Positions 1-11,013 of a DNA stretch of 64,000 nucleotides are shown one piece after another. This DNA comes from a candidate division WOR-3 bacterium (GTDB lineage Bacteria > Hydrothermota > Hydrothermia > UBA1063 > CAJXJZ01). Each line of letters begins with the position of its first letter. The stretch's first letter is position 1. The DNA lies in NCBI GenBank assembly GCA_026986775.1, contig JALSNX010000004.1, positions 69,622-133,621 of the forward strand, written 5' to 3'. Under the pieces are notes generated by a model. That model was not told where the DNA came from. It saw only the letters and a list, made by a program, of their open reading frames with translations, and searched no databases. The translations under genes were made by a program, and so were the position numbers.

Positions 1-1224
1 TATATCTTTTGTGTGAAAATGGCTTTCCGCAGTGGAATATATATCAATTGATTGAGGGATGAGGGCAAGTAAAAAGAGAGAAAAATTTCCCGTTTCCTTA
101 ACACGCTTGAATATTTCATGGGGTTCTACCGGGTCTATCTTTAGATTAATTCCCATTTCTTCTAAATTTTTCTTTATTAATCTGGCATAAGTCAGTTTCG
201 TTTGGGAGACAAGGAATTCAATGGGTTCTCCTTTATACCCCGATTTTCCAAGAAGTGCTTTTATGGTATCGCGCAGGTTACAGTCGGCTGCCTTATAGAA
301 TACAAATCCTATTTGCGAAGGGAGGGCCACCTCATAGGCAGGAAGTACGGGAAAGTCATAAAGTTTTTTTATGGTATCAGCAATGCTCTTTCTACAAAGT
401 GCGAGGTATAGGGCTTTTCGGAACGATTTTTTATTCAAAAATTTTATTCTGGTATTGACTCCTATGTACCTGATAGCATTTAAAGGTCCGGGTATACCAA
501 TAAAGTTATATTTCTTACTCACATCTGAAGGTGGTGTGAATGTGTAAAGAAAATACTGGTTCTTGAAGGTGTGATCATCTGATGAAAATGGCAATTGTTC
601 TGAAGTAAATATTATTCTGTCAAACGCTATTTTTTTCCCGAAGTAGTTCGTATTGGGAACTGCATAAATTGCACCTTTTTTGTTAGTTTTCACGTATATC
701 AGAGCCCCTGTGCCGCAAGAATAATTTGCAAGCAATGTATCCGGACAGTTGTCCTGAATTATAAGTATCTGACTTATTCTTTCCAGATAGGTACTGCATG
801 GCTTTTTAAGTTTGAAGATAACGGTATAAGAATCAGGAGTAAATATTGTATCAATTGAGGATATATCTGTTCTATAGTCGCTTGATGTATCTTTGCTTAT
901 ACGTTTAAAGGTATAAAGAACATCTTTTGAAGTAAGGATTTTTCCGCTGGCGAATTTTATGTTTTTTCTGAGATGGAAGATCCAAGTTAGACTATCTGGA
1001 TTTTCCCAGTATTCTGCAAGCCCCGGAGATGGACGAAAGTCAGCATCAAATCTTATTAGTGGATCATAGAAGTTCATGAGTATACTGCTCGTGACTATTT
1101 CAGATTTTACATTTGGTATATATGTGAGAGGAGTATAACTGAATACTACATAAAGGGTTTTCTTCTCATGTCCACATGCAAGGCTGAAAAAAAAGAGTGT
1201 GAATAAGAGAGTGAGCTTTTTCAT
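1..1224 (-). CDS. ABC transporter substrate-binding lipoprotein, family 5 (peptide/nickel type), 3' end beyond window edge
   Basis: Minus-strand ATG at 1222-1224 overlaps the recR stop (ATGA). N-terminus MKKLTLLFTLFFFSLAC has a lipobox. YDPLIRFDADFRPSPGLAEYWENPDSLTWIFHLRKNIKFASGK matches the SBP_bac_5 signature region. The ORF stays open to position 1. Confidence 0.8.
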   Translation of the reverse strand, partial: MKKLTLLFTLFFFSLACGHEKKTLYVVFSYTPLTYIPNVKSEIVTSSILMNFYDPLIRFDADFRPSPGLAEYWENPDSLTWIFHLRKNIKFASGKILTSKDVLYTFKRISKDTSSDYRTDISSIDTIFTPDSYTVIFKLKKPCSTYLERISQILIIQDNCPDTLLANYSCGTGALIYVKTNKKGAIYAVPNTNYFGKKIAFDRIIFTSEQLPFSSDDHTFKNQYFLYTFTPPSDVSKKYNFIGIPGPLNAIRYIGVNTRIKFLNKKSFRKALYLALCRKSIADTIKKLYDFPVLPAYEVALPSQIGFVFYKAADCNLRDTIKALLGKSGYKGEPIEFLVSQTKLTYARLIKKNLEEMGINLKIDPVEPHEIFKRVKETGNFSLFLLALIPQSIDIYSTAESHFHTKDI

Positions 1225-1820
1225 GTTAATTCCTTTCGCTCTTCAAGTGCTTCTTTCAACGTCTGGCCATCCTGAAAAGAAAGGTCAGAACCACGTGGTA
1301 TACCCCGGGATATTCTCGTAATTTTAACGTTCAAATTGTGCTCTTTTAAAAGGTTTCTGATATAGTATCCGGTGGTGTCTCCTTCCACAGTGGGAGGCAG
1401 TGCGAGCACCACTTCTTTAAAGCCCTCTTCTTTAACTCTTTTGGGAATGTCATGTATGTACAATGTCTCAGGTGTTTTATTGTTAATGGGAGACAATACG
1501 CCACCTGTTATATGATAGTACCACTTTTTTCCCAGCACCCTTTCCAGGAGTATTACATCTTCAGGTTTTTCCACCACACACAGAACCTTCTCTCTTGAAG
1601 GGTCCCTGCAAATTTCACATAGTTCTTCTTCAGAGAAGGCATGACATTTGTTGCAGAATTTCACATGTTCTGTGGCATCTTTTATGGCCTCGGCTATTTC
1701 AGTGGCAACTTCTTTGTTGGAAAGGAGAAAAAATGTTATTCTCTCTGCGCTTTTTTCACCTATGGATGGCAATTTTGTGAGTGCTTTCTTCAGTTTCTCA
1801 AGATAAAAGACCCTGTACAT
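1221..1820 (-). CDS. recR: recombination protein RecR
   Basis: Cys4 zinc finger (CNKCHAFSEEELCEIC) and a Toprim region; the length (199 aa) is typical of RecR. Confidence 0.95.
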   Translation of the reverse strand: MYRVFYLEKLKKALTKLPSIGEKSAERITFFLLSNKEVATEIAEAIKDATEHVKFCNKCHAFSEEELCEICRDPSREKVLCVVEKPEDVILLERVLGKKWYYHITGGVLSPINNKTPETLYIHDIPKRVKEEGFKEVVLALPPTVEGDTTGYYIRNLLKEHNLNVKITRISRGIPRGSDLSFQDGQTLKEALEERKELT

Positions 1821-2103
1821 CTCTGGGGATTCCCTTCATATACTCGTTTGTCAGTTCTTTGATTCTTTTATCAATCTTTTTCCTTGCATCCTGAAAAGCC
1901 TCTTTTATAGCTTTTTGCAATTTTTTTGTATCCTTTGTATCTTTGATTTCTATGTTTTCAAGGTTAAATTCTCCATTAAGTGTGACTTTTACATTCTGGT
2001 CCTTAGAAAAGCCATCTTCCCTGATTTTTTTTATTTCTTTCTGGAGTTTTTTCATCTGTGCCTGCATTTTTCTTGCATCGTTCATGAGTTTAAAAAGGTC
2101 CAT
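1798..2103 (-). CDS. ybaB: nucleoid-associated protein YbaB/EbfC
   Basis: 101-aa coiled-coil protein in the conserved dnaX-ybaB-recR arrangement. Confidence 0.9.
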   Translation of the reverse strand: MDLFKLMNDARKMQAQMKKLQKEIKKIREDGFSKDQNVKVTLNGEFNLENIEIKDTKDTKKLQKAIKEAFQDARKKIDKRIKELTNEYMKGIPRDVQGLLS

Positions 2104-3313
2104 CTCTTACCTCCTTCAAATTAAGTTCTCTGATTAATTTGTTGACTGGTGAGTTATTTGAAAACTCACGTTTTTCTCTATCAGAATTGATTGTTTTTTC
2201 CATAGATGAAAAAGCACCTTTCTGTTCAGCTTCTCCCTGATATGAAAGGATCCTGGCGGGAGAAATTCTCTTGATATAGGCCAATTTAATAAGTTCATAT
2301 TCAAAGATGGCTCTGGGATAGTTGCTTAACCTGAGAGTCTGCTCCATATCTTTCAGTATTTTAAAGATATATAGGAGATCTATTTCAGAGAATTTACCTG
2401 CAAATTGGGTGTATGGATTCTGTTCACCCATAAGTATTGCTTCCATAAGCGACGATGCTGCTTTAACGAGACCTTTATGGAAATCAAACAGGCTATACCC
2501 CTTACTCAGTGCCTCGCGTAGTATCCTGAGTATTTGTGCTGTATTCTCCTTGAGTATTGTATTGAATAGTTTCAGAAAGATTTCATCTTCTATAATGCCG
2601 AGAACTTCCCTAAGTGTTGTTGCTTCTATTTTGCCATTTCCGTAAATATAGGCCTGCTCAAGGAGAGAAATAGCGTCTCTCATGCTACCTTCACTTGCCT
2701 CAAAGATTATTTTAAGCGATTCATCATCACATTCCATATGTTCTTTCTGGCATATGAATTTTAATCTGCTTATCAGGGTATTTGCAGAAAGTGGTCTGAA
2801 ATCAAATCTCTGTACTCTTGAGAGGACTGTTTCGGGGATTTTTCTTGGTTCAGTTGTGGCAAAAATGAATACAACATTCTCCGGAGGCTCTTCAAGTGTT
2901 TTTAAAAGAGCATTAAATGCTTCATTTGTTAGCATATGCACCTCATCAATGATAATTACCTTGTATCTTGCCTTTACAGGCATGAACCTTACATTTTCCC
3001 TCAGTTCTCTAATCTGGTCTATGCCTCTGTTGGATGCACCGTCTATTTCAATAACGTCAAGTGAGTTTCCGCTTTCTATTTCCTGACAGATCTCACATTT
3101 TCCACATGGGTCCGGGGTTATGCCTTTTTCGCAGTTAAGACCTTTCGCAAAAATGCGTGCTATGGTTGTTTTGCCAATACCCCTCTGTCCACTGAAGAGG
3201 TATGCATTGGATATCTGCCTGTGTCTTAAGGCATTCTGCAATGTTCTAACAACATGCTCCTGCCCCACAACATCACGAAAAGTCTTTGGCCTGTATTTTA
3301 CAGGAAGGTTCAT
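2090..3313 (-). CDS. dnaX: DNA polymerase III subunit gamma/tau (short form, 407 aa)
   Basis: N-terminal KYRPKTFRDVVGQEHV, Walker A GQRGIGKTT, zinc module CGKCEICQ, and DEVHML. Confidence 0.95.
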   Translation of the reverse strand: MNLPVKYRPKTFRDVVGQEHVVRTLQNALRHRQISNAYLFSGQRGIGKTTIARIFAKGLNCEKGITPDPCGKCEICQEIESGNSLDVIEIDGASNRGIDQIRELRENVRFMPVKARYKVIIIDEVHMLTNEAFNALLKTLEEPPENVVFIFATTEPRKIPETVLSRVQRFDFRPLSANTLISRLKFICQKEHMECDDESLKIIFEASEGSMRDAISLLEQAYIYGNGKIEATTLREVLGIIEDEIFLKLFNTILKENTAQILRILREALSKGYSLFDFHKGLVKAASSLMEAILMGEQNPYTQFAGKFSEIDLLYIFKILKDMEQTLRLSNYPRAIFEYELIKLAYIKRISPARILSYQGEAEQKGAFSSMEKTINSDREKREFSNNSPVNKLIRELNLKEVRDGPF

Positions 3314-3386
3314 AATAAAATAATTATAATGTGAGTTTCACAAATAGGCAATATAGATTCGGAAGGCAGAATTTGTGGTATATATT

Positions 3387-4568
3387 TCAGCTGGAGATTT
3401 CCCCTGCTTTCTTGATTGCCAGTTTTGTAAAGAATGGGCCCACAATTTCATAGATTATAGTTGTGGCAACAATCGTTGTGAGAAACGCATGACCTATTGT
3501 TGAACTGAATGCGTTTCTCACAAGTATGGCAAGTCCCAGTTCCACTCCTGCCTGTGGTACAAGCCCCAATCCAATTAGGTTTCTGATTCTTTTTGGCATT
3601 TTTCCTATTGTGGCACCAACGAAGGCGCCAATGTATTCTCCTAAAGGTCTTGCAATGAGGTATATTAAACCCATTAAACCAATGTCTTTCAATAATGGAA
3701 TTTCAAGGCCTGCTCCTGTTAGCACAAAGAAATAGAGATAAAAAAGCCAGTCAATTCTTTTCAGAGCATCAAAGAATCGCACAGGGTCTTCTTTTTTGAA
3801 ATTCATAAGGGCAGCACCCATCGCCATGTTGCATAAAAGGTCAGAGAGTCCCAGATATAAAGCGAAACCTGCCGCAACAAGTACAAAACCAAAACTCATT
3901 ATGAGGATATTGGTGTCGCTTTTAACAAATCTGCTTAAAATGGTGAAAATTATTCCCATGCCCATGCCGAGTAATAGAGAAAGAATGACGTGAATGACCG
4001 CCATGAGAAAATGGCGAAAAATCATTACGCCACTGTTTCCCGGCTCTATCAGTGCCCTGGCAACTGCCATAGATAGGGCAAAAACTATAATACCCCATGC
4101 ATCGTCTATGGCCACCACTCCAAGTAAAGTATCTGTAAAAAGTCCCTTTGCTCTATATTCCCTTATAACCATAACTGTGGCTGCTGGGGCAGTAGCAGGT
4201 GCTATACCGCCGTATAATAGTGCCTGATATAGAGGCATACCAGCGAGGTGAAGTAAAATGGTAACAAGCAGAAATGCTCCAATAACTTCTCCCCAGGAGA
4301 TAAACATAACATTATGCCCTATTTTACTGAGTTGTTTGCGTGAAAATGTCTGACCAAGAGAAAATGCCACCATACTCAGGATAACATTGGCAACAAGGGC
4401 AGTGGAGTGTATGAGAATTTCAGGGACTATATTTAATATGTAAGGCCCAATTATAACACCTGTAAGCAAGTAGGCTGTAACTGCAGGAAACCGGAATTTT
4501 TCAAGAATTTTAGATACAAAAAGGCCTAAAAGGAAAATAATGCCTGATATGAGGATAGAAATCGCCAT
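3387..4568 (-). CDS. cation:proton antiporter (CPA1/CPA2 family)
   Basis: 393-aa polytopic membrane protein with a Na+/H+ exchanger-like glycine-rich helix pattern. Confidence 0.75.
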   Translation of the reverse strand: MAISILISGIIFLLGLFVSKILEKFRFPAVTAYLLTGVIIGPYILNIVPEILIHSTALVANVILSMVAFSLGQTFSRKQLSKIGHNVMFISWGEVIGAFLLVTILLHLAGMPLYQALLYGGIAPATAPAATVMVIREYRAKGLFTDTLLGVVAIDDAWGIIVFALSMAVARALIEPGNSGVMIFRHFLMAVIHVILSLLLGMGMGIIFTILSRFVKSDTNILIMSFGFVLVAAGFALYLGLSDLLCNMAMGAALMNFKKEDPVRFFDALKRIDWLFYLYFFVLTGAGLEIPLLKDIGLMGLIYLIARPLGEYIGAFVGATIGKMPKRIRNLIGLGLVPQAGVELGLAILVRNAFSSTIGHAFLTTIVATTIIYEIVGPFFTKLAIKKAGEISS

Positions 4569-4570
4569 TT

Positions 4571-5059
4571 TCAGGTGGCTGTTCTGGTTAAAATATAGTA
4601 TATTATGTCAAAAGTGGTGAGTACTCCTTTTACTCGTCTGTCTTCAGAAAGTACTGGTAGAAGGCGAACGTTGTGTTTTTTCAGGATATCATATGCCTTC
4701 TGTAATGGTTCATTTTCGTAAACAAAAGGAAATTCTGTACGCATTATATCTTTCACTTTAGTGTTGAGGAGGGATTCTCTTGATAGTTTAATATCAAAAA
4801 TATCTTTTTCCTGCTCCTCGTAAATTCTTTCCCATGCATGTAAAATTCCCCTGTATTTTTCAAAGGTTTGTTCGTATGGATAAAAAACCTTGAATACATC
4901 GCTCAGAGATACAAGGCCTTTTATTATGCCATTTTTTACAACAGGGAAGCTCTGATAATTGGTTTTTCGTGCAAGATGAAGTAATTCCATTAAGGGGGTT
5001 AAAACATTTACTACAACTACACCTCTGGAGGCCACATCAATTACAGGTATATTTTTCAT
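4571..5059 (-). CDS. CBS-domain pair protein, likely partner of the antiporter
   Basis: Two CBS-like motifs (VKDIMRTEFPFV..., HNVRLLPVLSEDRRVKGVLTTFDII). Start chosen at the internal MKNIP, since the track start lies in AT-rich leader. Its stop abuts the antiporter start. Confidence 0.6.
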   Translation of the reverse strand: MKNIPVIDVASRGVVVVNVLTPLMELLHLARKTNYQSFPVVKNGIIKGLVSLSDVFKVFYPYEQTFEKYRGILHAWERIYEEQEKDIFDIKLSRESLLNTKVKDIMRTEFPFVYENEPLQKAYDILKKHNVRLLPVLSEDRRVKGVLTTFDIIYYILTRTAT

Positions 5060-5198
5060 GATTAATATTATTATAGGCGCAGTGTGCCGAAAATTGAAAG
5101 ATAACACATTATAGGTAATTTTAATTGATAGGCATTTCAAACATTACTTGTAGAGTTTGCACTTTGAGTGTATAATTACTCAAAATCAAGGAGGTATT

Positions 5199-8100
5199 AT
5201 GCGGTATATTGTAGCGTTGCTTCTGCTGCTTAAAGTGGTGGAAGGCGGGATTATCACAGATAGTCTCAGAAGTGTAATGGGAAGTGGTGATGGATACATA
5301 AAGGCCATGGTGATAATGAAAGATAGGGCTGATTTGAGAAAACTGGGAAAAGGTAAGTATAAAGAAAAAGCTGAACTTCTGAGAGAGGTGTCTAAAAAGA
5401 GCCAGCAGCGGGTTATAAATTACCTGAAATCTCACACCTCAGATGTTAAGAGTTTCAGATCTTACTGGGTTAGTAATGCCATTTATGTTAACGCTAAGGC
5501 AAATGTTTTGCGTGAAGTTGCAGATTTTCCAGAGGTTTATATGGTTAAGGAAGTAAGTACATGGCATATTCTTGGACGACCTTCGCCGAGTATGCTAAAA
5601 CAACATGTGAAAGATAAGGCTGTGGAGTGGAATATAGATAAGATAAAGGCAGATTCTGTATGGGAGTATTACGGTTATTCAGGTGATGGAGTTGATGTTG
5701 GTATTCTGGATACCGGCATAGATCCCTCACACCCGGCTCTATCGGGTAATTTCTCAGGGCATTTTCATGATGCAGTAAGCGGTAATACAGATCCATACGA
5801 TGACCATGGTCATGGGACTCATGTGGCAGGAACCATTGCAGGAGGGGATGGTCCCGGTCCATTCTCTGATGACATAGGCGTGGCTTACAATGCAAAGATT
5901 TCATCCTGTAAGGCTTTTGATTCAGGTGGTAGTGGTTCTGATACTTCTATACTGGACTGTTCCCAGTGGTTTGTTAGTCTTAAGGCTGATTCGGGTGTTG
6001 ATATAAGGGTTATCAGCAATTCCTGGGGTGGCGGACATGGAGAAACATGGATGTGGGACGATATATGGAATAACTGGCGTGGCATGGATATAATCCCTGT
6101 TTTTGCTGCTGGCAATTCAGGCCCTGGAGCAGAGACAGTGGGAAGTCCCGGGGATTATCCCATAGTTATAGGGGTCGGGGCAACTGATATAAATGATAGT
6201 ATTGCGAGTTTTTCAAGCAGGGGACCTGCTCCCAGTACAGGGCTGTATGCTGATACCACTTACTGGTCAAGGTCTGACTGGAATTTTATTAAACCAGACA
6301 TTTCTGCGCCTGGTGCAGGTATCCGTTCAAGTGTTCCAGGTGGAGGTTATGCGACATGGGATGGTACAAGTATGGCAACCCCTCATGTGACAGGGGTTAT
6401 TGCATTGATGCTTGAAAAGAATCCTGCCCTTGATTATGAAACAGTTTACGATATACTCACCAATTATGCAGTGGACCGTCTGGATAATGTAACCTATCCC
6501 AACAATGACTATGGATGGGGAAGGATAAATGCACTCCTTGCTGTGGAAAATACACCATCACTTACTGAGCCATTTATCAGAAGAATTGGAATTCTTATTG
6601 ATGATTCCTCTGGAAATGGTGATAGTATAGCAGACCCTGGTGAGGAAGTTCATCTGTACGTTTCACTCAGGAATTACGGTGTTGACTTGAATAATGTCAG
6701 TGCAACTCTGGATGTTTTACCCGAGTATGCCTCTAAAATTACAATAAGTGATAATAACTCTTTTTATGGCACCATCCAGCAGGACAGTATAAGACAGGGT
6801 GATGGCTTTGTATTTTCTACAGATACTTCATGGAGAGATGGTCTTGATGCTGAGTTTGTGCTTACCATTACAGGAGATGGAGGCTATATTAAGTATGACA
6901 CCTTTGTTCTTAGAATAGGTACTCCCAGGTATTACACCTGGTTTTCCTATGATTTTACCTCTGAGAGTGGGTGGACAACAAATGGTACGTGGGCTCTTAC
7001 TACATCTGAATATCATTCTGCACCCTCTTCATTTACTGATTCGCCAGGTGGAGACTATGCAGATAATACACACAATTATCTGGTATCCGGTGAAGTATTT
7101 GATCTCTCTGATGCATATTTTGCCCGCGTGATTTTGTGGCACAAATACAATTTTGAAAAGGGGTATGACTTTGGATATATTCAGGTTGCCACAGATTCAT
7201 CGGATAATGCAGCATGGCAAACTTTAGCATCTTACACTGATTCTGTTTCTGGTTGGGTTTGTGATACAGTTGATATACCTTCAGAATTTATGGGTCAGAG
7301 TGTGTATATAAGGTTTCTTGTAGAGAGTGATGGTAGTGTTAGCCGTGATGGATGGTATATAGATGACGTGAAATTTGAACAGGACGTTCCTCTTACTGGC
7401 GTAAGACTGACTAATATGGGATTCAACGTTGTAGATTCACTGGGTAATAACAATGGAAGGCTGGACCCCGGTGAGACTGCGACTTTAATATGGAAGATAA
7501 AGAACATTGGTACAGATACTGCCAGCAATGTTACAGCACAACTAATCTGTGATTATCAGGGCATAACACTTATTGATGACACTTCAGGAACAATCTTTAT
7601 GGAGCCGGATTCTGTTAAGAATTTTGTTTTTGAACTTCGGGCCGGACAGAATGTACCGCATGGTACACAGGTACCGGTGTCCCTTGTTTTAAATGGAGAT
7701 AATATAACGGATACCGTAAATGCTACCCTGCAGGTAGGTGAGATTTTCTGGACACAGGGGGATACACTGTACATTGCTCTTGACAATACTGATAGTGCCT
7801 TTACCTCTCTTGCTCCTGAGTATGAATTCATAGATTTATCTTTAGAAGGCACGTCGGTTAGTCTCGGTGATGATGATAGAACGGAGATTGTATTGCCATT
7901 TACCTTTAAATTCTATGGTAATGACTATACATCTATATGGTTAAGTTCCAATGGCTGGATATCTTTTGGAACAGACCCTGAAACCAATGCTTATTCAAAC
8001 GCTCCGATTCCATCTGCAGATGCTCCCAATGCCATTATTGCACCTTTATGGGATGACCTTAATCCTTCAAATGGAGGAAATATATATTACTTCTCTGATA

Positions 8101-8681
8101 CCACCAATCACAGGTTTATAATACAATTTAAGGATGTTCCATTTTATGGATCCACCACTGAAGTCGCATCATTTACGGTTGTGCTCTACGACCCTGATTA
8201 CTACACCACTCCAACCGGTGACGGTGATATACTAATAATGTATAATAAGACAGCAGGACAGACAGATTATAGTGTGGGAATTGAAGATGCATCAGGTACG
8301 TATGGATTGCAATACTATTACAACGGTAATTATTCAAGTGGAGCGGCAGTAATTGATAGTGGAAGGGCTGTGTTGTTCACAACGAGGAGTATTTCCGGCG
8401 TTGATGAAGACAGAATAAAGAAAGTTACTTTTGCGGCAAACGTATTGTATGGCAGAAGTTTCGCCCCTGTCCTCAAACTCTCGCTTCCAGAGAACATGAA
8501 TGTGCAGATTGCATTCTACGATATTTCCGGAAGAAGAGTTGGTGCCCCTTCAGTATATAAACTCTCTCGTGGATTACATACTGTTTCACTCAATGCTGAA
8601 CGACTGAGAAAGGGAATTTACTTTGTTATGATTAAAGCCGGAAAATACCATCTGGCCAGGAAATTTGTAAAACTCAGGTAA
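5199..8681 (+). CDS. subtilisin-like S8 serine protease with I9 propeptide and T9SS C-terminal sorting domain
   Basis: AGGAGG Shine-Dalgarno then ATG at 5199, followed by a signal peptide. Catalytic D (DTGIDPSHP), H (HGTHVAGT) and S (GTSMATPHV). The C-terminus KGIYFVMIKAGKYHLARKFVKLR is typical of a T9SS sorting domain. Confidence 0.9.
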   Translation: MRYIVALLLLLKVVEGGIITDSLRSVMGSGDGYIKAMVIMKDRADLRKLGKGKYKEKAELLREVSKKSQQRVINYLKSHTSDVKSFRSYWVSNAIYVNAKANVLREVADFPEVYMVKEVSTWHILGRPSPSMLKQHVKDKAVEWNIDKIKADSVWEYYGYSGDGVDVGILDTGIDPSHPALSGNFSGHFHDAVSGNTDPYDDHGHGTHVAGTIAGGDGPGPFSDDIGVAYNAKISSCKAFDSGGSGSDTSILDCSQWFVSLKADSGVDIRVISNSWGGGHGETWMWDDIWNNWRGMDIIPVFAAGNSGPGAETVGSPGDYPIVIGVGATDINDSIASFSSRGPAPSTGLYADTTYWSRSDWNFIKPDISAPGAGIRSSVPGGGYATWDGTSMATPHVTGVIALMLEKNPALDYETVYDILTNYAVDRLDNVTYPNNDYGWGRINALLAVENTPSLTEPFIRRIGILIDDSSGNGDSIADPGEEVHLYVSLRNYGVDLNNVSATLDVLPEYASKITISDNNSFYGTIQQDSIRQGDGFVFSTDTSWRDGLDAEFVLTITGDGGYIKYDTFVLRIGTPRYYTWFSYDFTSESGWTTNGTWALTTSEYHSAPSSFTDSPGGDYADNTHNYLVSGEVFDLSDAYFARVILWHKYNFEKGYDFGYIQVATDSSDNAAWQTLASYTDSVSGWVCDTVDIPSEFMGQSVYIRFLVESDGSVSRDGWYIDDVKFEQDVPLTGVRLTNMGFNVVDSLGNNNGRLDPGETATLIWKIKNIGTDTASNVTAQLICDYQGITLIDDTSGTIFMEPDSVKNFVFELRAGQNVPHGTQVPVSLVLNGDNITDTVNATLQVGEIFWTQGDTLYIALDNTDSAFTSLAPEYEFIDLSLEGTSVSLGDDDRTEIVLPFTFKFYGNDYTSIWLSSNGWISFGTDPETNAYSNAPIPSADAPNAIIAPLWDDLNPSNGGNIYYFSDTTNHRFIIQFKDVPFYGSTTEVASFTVVLYDPDYYTTPTGDGDILIMYNKTAGQTDYSVGIEDASGTYGLQYYYNGNYSSGAAVIDSGRAVLFTTRSISGVDEDRIKKVTFAANVLYGRSFAPVLKLSLPENMNVQIAFYDISGRRVGAPSVYKLSRGLHTVSLNAERLRKGIYFVMIKAGKYHLARKFVKLR

Positions 8682-8696
8682 AACAGACTGATGTAA

Positions 8697-8732
8697 AATA
8701 AAAAAAAGAGGGGTTTAGACCCCTCTTTTTTT
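8697..8732. terminator. bidirectional rho-independent terminator between convergent genes
   Basis: A-run, GAGGGGT-TTAG-ACCCCTC hairpin (7-bp stem), then T-run. Confidence 0.7.
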
Positions 8733-9647
8733 ATCTATAAATTCTTCTATTTTGTGTTTTGAATAAGTTTTCGGTTTGTCTCTGAGACCAGCAATCATTT
8801 CCCCTAAAGACCCCATTGAAAGCAGGATAAGTGCCCATATAAGGAACAGTATGGTTGCATACAGAAGTGGCCTGAATCCGTGTCCCATCAGTCTTAATAC
8901 AAATGCTATAAGAAAAAACAGCGTACCAAGTATGGCTGAAATCAGGCTCATGGTTCCAAAGAAAAGCATGGGGCTTTTGGTAAAACTCAATTGAAACTTG
9001 ACAGCAAGAAGGTCCATTGTTCCAACGATTATTCTCCATGGTCCTTTGAATTTGCTTTTACCTCCAACTCGTGGATACAGGGTTACCTCTATCTCAGTCA
9101 TTTTATAACCGTATTCATTTGCTATGGGTACAATGTATCTGTGCCAGCCTTTTCTGTGAGGTATAAGTTCAAAGATTTCCCTTTTCATGATTTTTATGGA
9201 GTTCATGTCGCTCACAGGTACTTTGAAGATTTTTCTTGAAAGTGTGTTGTATATGGATGAAACGAATTTCTTTTCGTATTTACCCTTTTTCTTTCCAGCA
9301 ACAAGATCATAACCTTCACTCAGTTTATCAGCCATACGTTTTACATCTTCAAGTCTGAACTGGAGGTCTGCTGGAAAGAAAACGAGTGCATCTCCACTTG
9401 AGTGCTCAAATCCAGAAAGAAGTGCCTCTGTAAGTCCGAAGTTACGTCTGTGTTTTACTATTTTCACATATGAATAATCTTTGTGCAGGTCTTTCAATAG
9501 TTCGTATGTTCCATCTGTGGAGCCATCATCAACAATAATAAATTCCCAGTCAGAACTGTTTTGTTTGTGAAATCTGTCTATATGTCTTAAGAGTTCCTTT
9601 ATGTTTTCTCTTTCATTGTATGCAGGAATAATGACACTTACTTTCAT
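8715..9647 (-). CDS. family 2 glycosyltransferase (polyprenol-phosphate glycosyltransferase-like) with C-terminal TM helices
   Basis: VIIPAYNERENI, FIIVDDGSTDGT and DxD-type motifs; two C-terminal TM helices. Confidence 0.85.
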   Translation of the reverse strand: MKVSVIIPAYNERENIKELLRHIDRFHKQNSSDWEFIIVDDGSTDGTYELLKDLHKDYSYVKIVKHRRNFGLTEALLSGFEHSSGDALVFFPADLQFRLEDVKRMADKLSEGYDLVAGKKKGKYEKKFVSSIYNTLSRKIFKVPVSDMNSIKIMKREIFELIPHRKGWHRYIVPIANEYGYKMTEIEVTLYPRVGGKSKFKGPWRIIVGTMDLLAVKFQLSFTKSPMLFFGTMSLISAILGTLFFLIAFVLRLMGHGFRPLLYATILFLIWALILLSMGSLGEMIAGLRDKPKTYSKHKIEEFIDKKRGV

Positions 9648-9758
9648 ATATTTAAAGATAAGGCAAAATACACAAAAAACAAATATATTCAGTCAATTAT
9701 ACGGTCTGTTTGAACTTACTGATGATTTCCATTATTATTTATACAGAAAGGAGGTAAT

Positions 9759-10940
9759 ATGGGCAAACTTGATTTTGTAAAAGAGGAAATAGAACGTCTC
9801 AAAAAGGAAGGCCTGTATGTTACAATAAGGACTCTTGAGAGTCCGCAGGGTGCCTGGATAAAGGTTGATGGAAAGGAGGTGTTGAATCTCTGTTCCAATA
9901 ACTATCTGGGATTTGCCAATCATCCTGTGCTCAAAGAGAGAGCGAAGAAAGCCATAGATGAACTTGGAGTTGGTCCTGGTGCTGTCAGGACAATCGCTGG
10001 CACCATGAAGATTCACAGGGAACTTGAAGAGAAATTGGCTAAATTTAAGGGTGCAGAAGCCACCCTGTCTTTTCAGTCCGGATTCAATACAAATCTTGCA
10101 GTAATTCCAGCTATAGTTGGCAGGGGTGATGTGATTTTTTCTGATGAACTCAATCACGCATCCATAATAGATGGATGCCGTCTATCAAGGGCTGAAATCG
10201 TGCGTTTCAACCATGCAGATCCTGAGGACCTCAAGAAAAAACTTGAAGAATATAAGGAGCATCCAGGCAAAAAACTCATAGTTACTGATGGTGTTTTTTC
10301 AATGGACGGTGACATTGCACCTCTTCCAGAAATAGTGGAGGTTGCTGAAAAGTACGATGCCATAACAATGGTTGATGATGCTCATGGAGAGGGTGTGCTC
10401 GGAAAAAGTGGAAGAGGAATAGTTGACCATTTTGGTCTGCACGGGAAGGTTGACCTTGAAGTTGGGACCCTTTCAAAGGCATTTGGAGTGGTGGGTGGTT
10501 ATGTTGCGGCAAAAGAGGAGCTTATTGATTATCTCAGACAGAAATCAAGGCCGTTTCTGTTTTCCAGTGCAGTTACACCACCCGATGTTGCAGCAGCGAT
10601 AGCAGCAGTTGATATTCTTTCTGATTCTGATGAGCTTGTGGTTAAACTCTGGGACAATGCCAATTACTTTAAAACAGAGATGAAATCACTTGGTTTTGAT
10701 ATAGGTATAAGTCAGACGCCAATCACACCTGTAATGCTTGGTGAGGCACCCTTAGCCCAGGAATTTTCAAAGAGACTGTTTAAAGAGGGCATTTTTGCAC
10801 AGGCAATAGGTTATCCCACTGTCCCCAGAGGAAAGGCAAGGATAAGGGTTATGATTTCTGCTGTGCATGAGAAAAAAGACCTTGATTTTGCACTTGAGAA
10901 GTTTGAAAAAGTTGGAAAAGAACTTGGAGTTATAAGTTAA
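9759..10940 (+). CDS. kbl: glycine C-acetyltransferase (2-amino-3-ketobutyrate CoA ligase)
   Basis: [33 protein letters not shown] (PLP lysine) and RSRPFLFS closely match Kbl/BioF-family enzymes. GGAGG Shine-Dalgarno upstream. Confidence 0.85.
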   Translation: MGKLDFVKEEIERLKKEGLYVTIRTLESPQGAWIKVDGKEVLNLCSNNYLGFANHPVLKERAKKAIDELGVGPGAVRTIAGTMKIHRELEEKLAKFKGAEATLSFQSGFNTNLAVIPAIVGRGDVIFSDELNHASIIDGCRLSRAEIVRFNHADPEDLKKKLEEYKEHPGKKLIVTDGVFSMDGDIAPLPEIVEVAEKYDAITMVDDAHGEGVLGKSGRGIVDHFGLHGKVDLEVGTLSKAFGVVGGYVAAKEELIDYLRQKSRPFLFSSAVTPPDVAAAIAAVDILSDSDELVVKLWDNANYFKTEMKSLGFDIGISQTPITPVMLGEAPLAQEFSKRLFKEGIFAQAIGYPTVPRGKARIRVMISAVHEKKDLDFALEKFEKVGKELGVIS

Positions 10941-11013
10941 ATCGCCATAAGTATTTGAAGGGGCGTATCTTATACTTTATTATTCTTAACCATCAAATAA
11001 GGATGAGGTAGTT

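Noticed and set aside
2322-3323. Several 60-130-aa plus-strand ORFs inside dnaX
   Set aside because: Antisense to a well-supported gene, low-complexity Ser/Leu-rich translations, no ribosome-binding sites.
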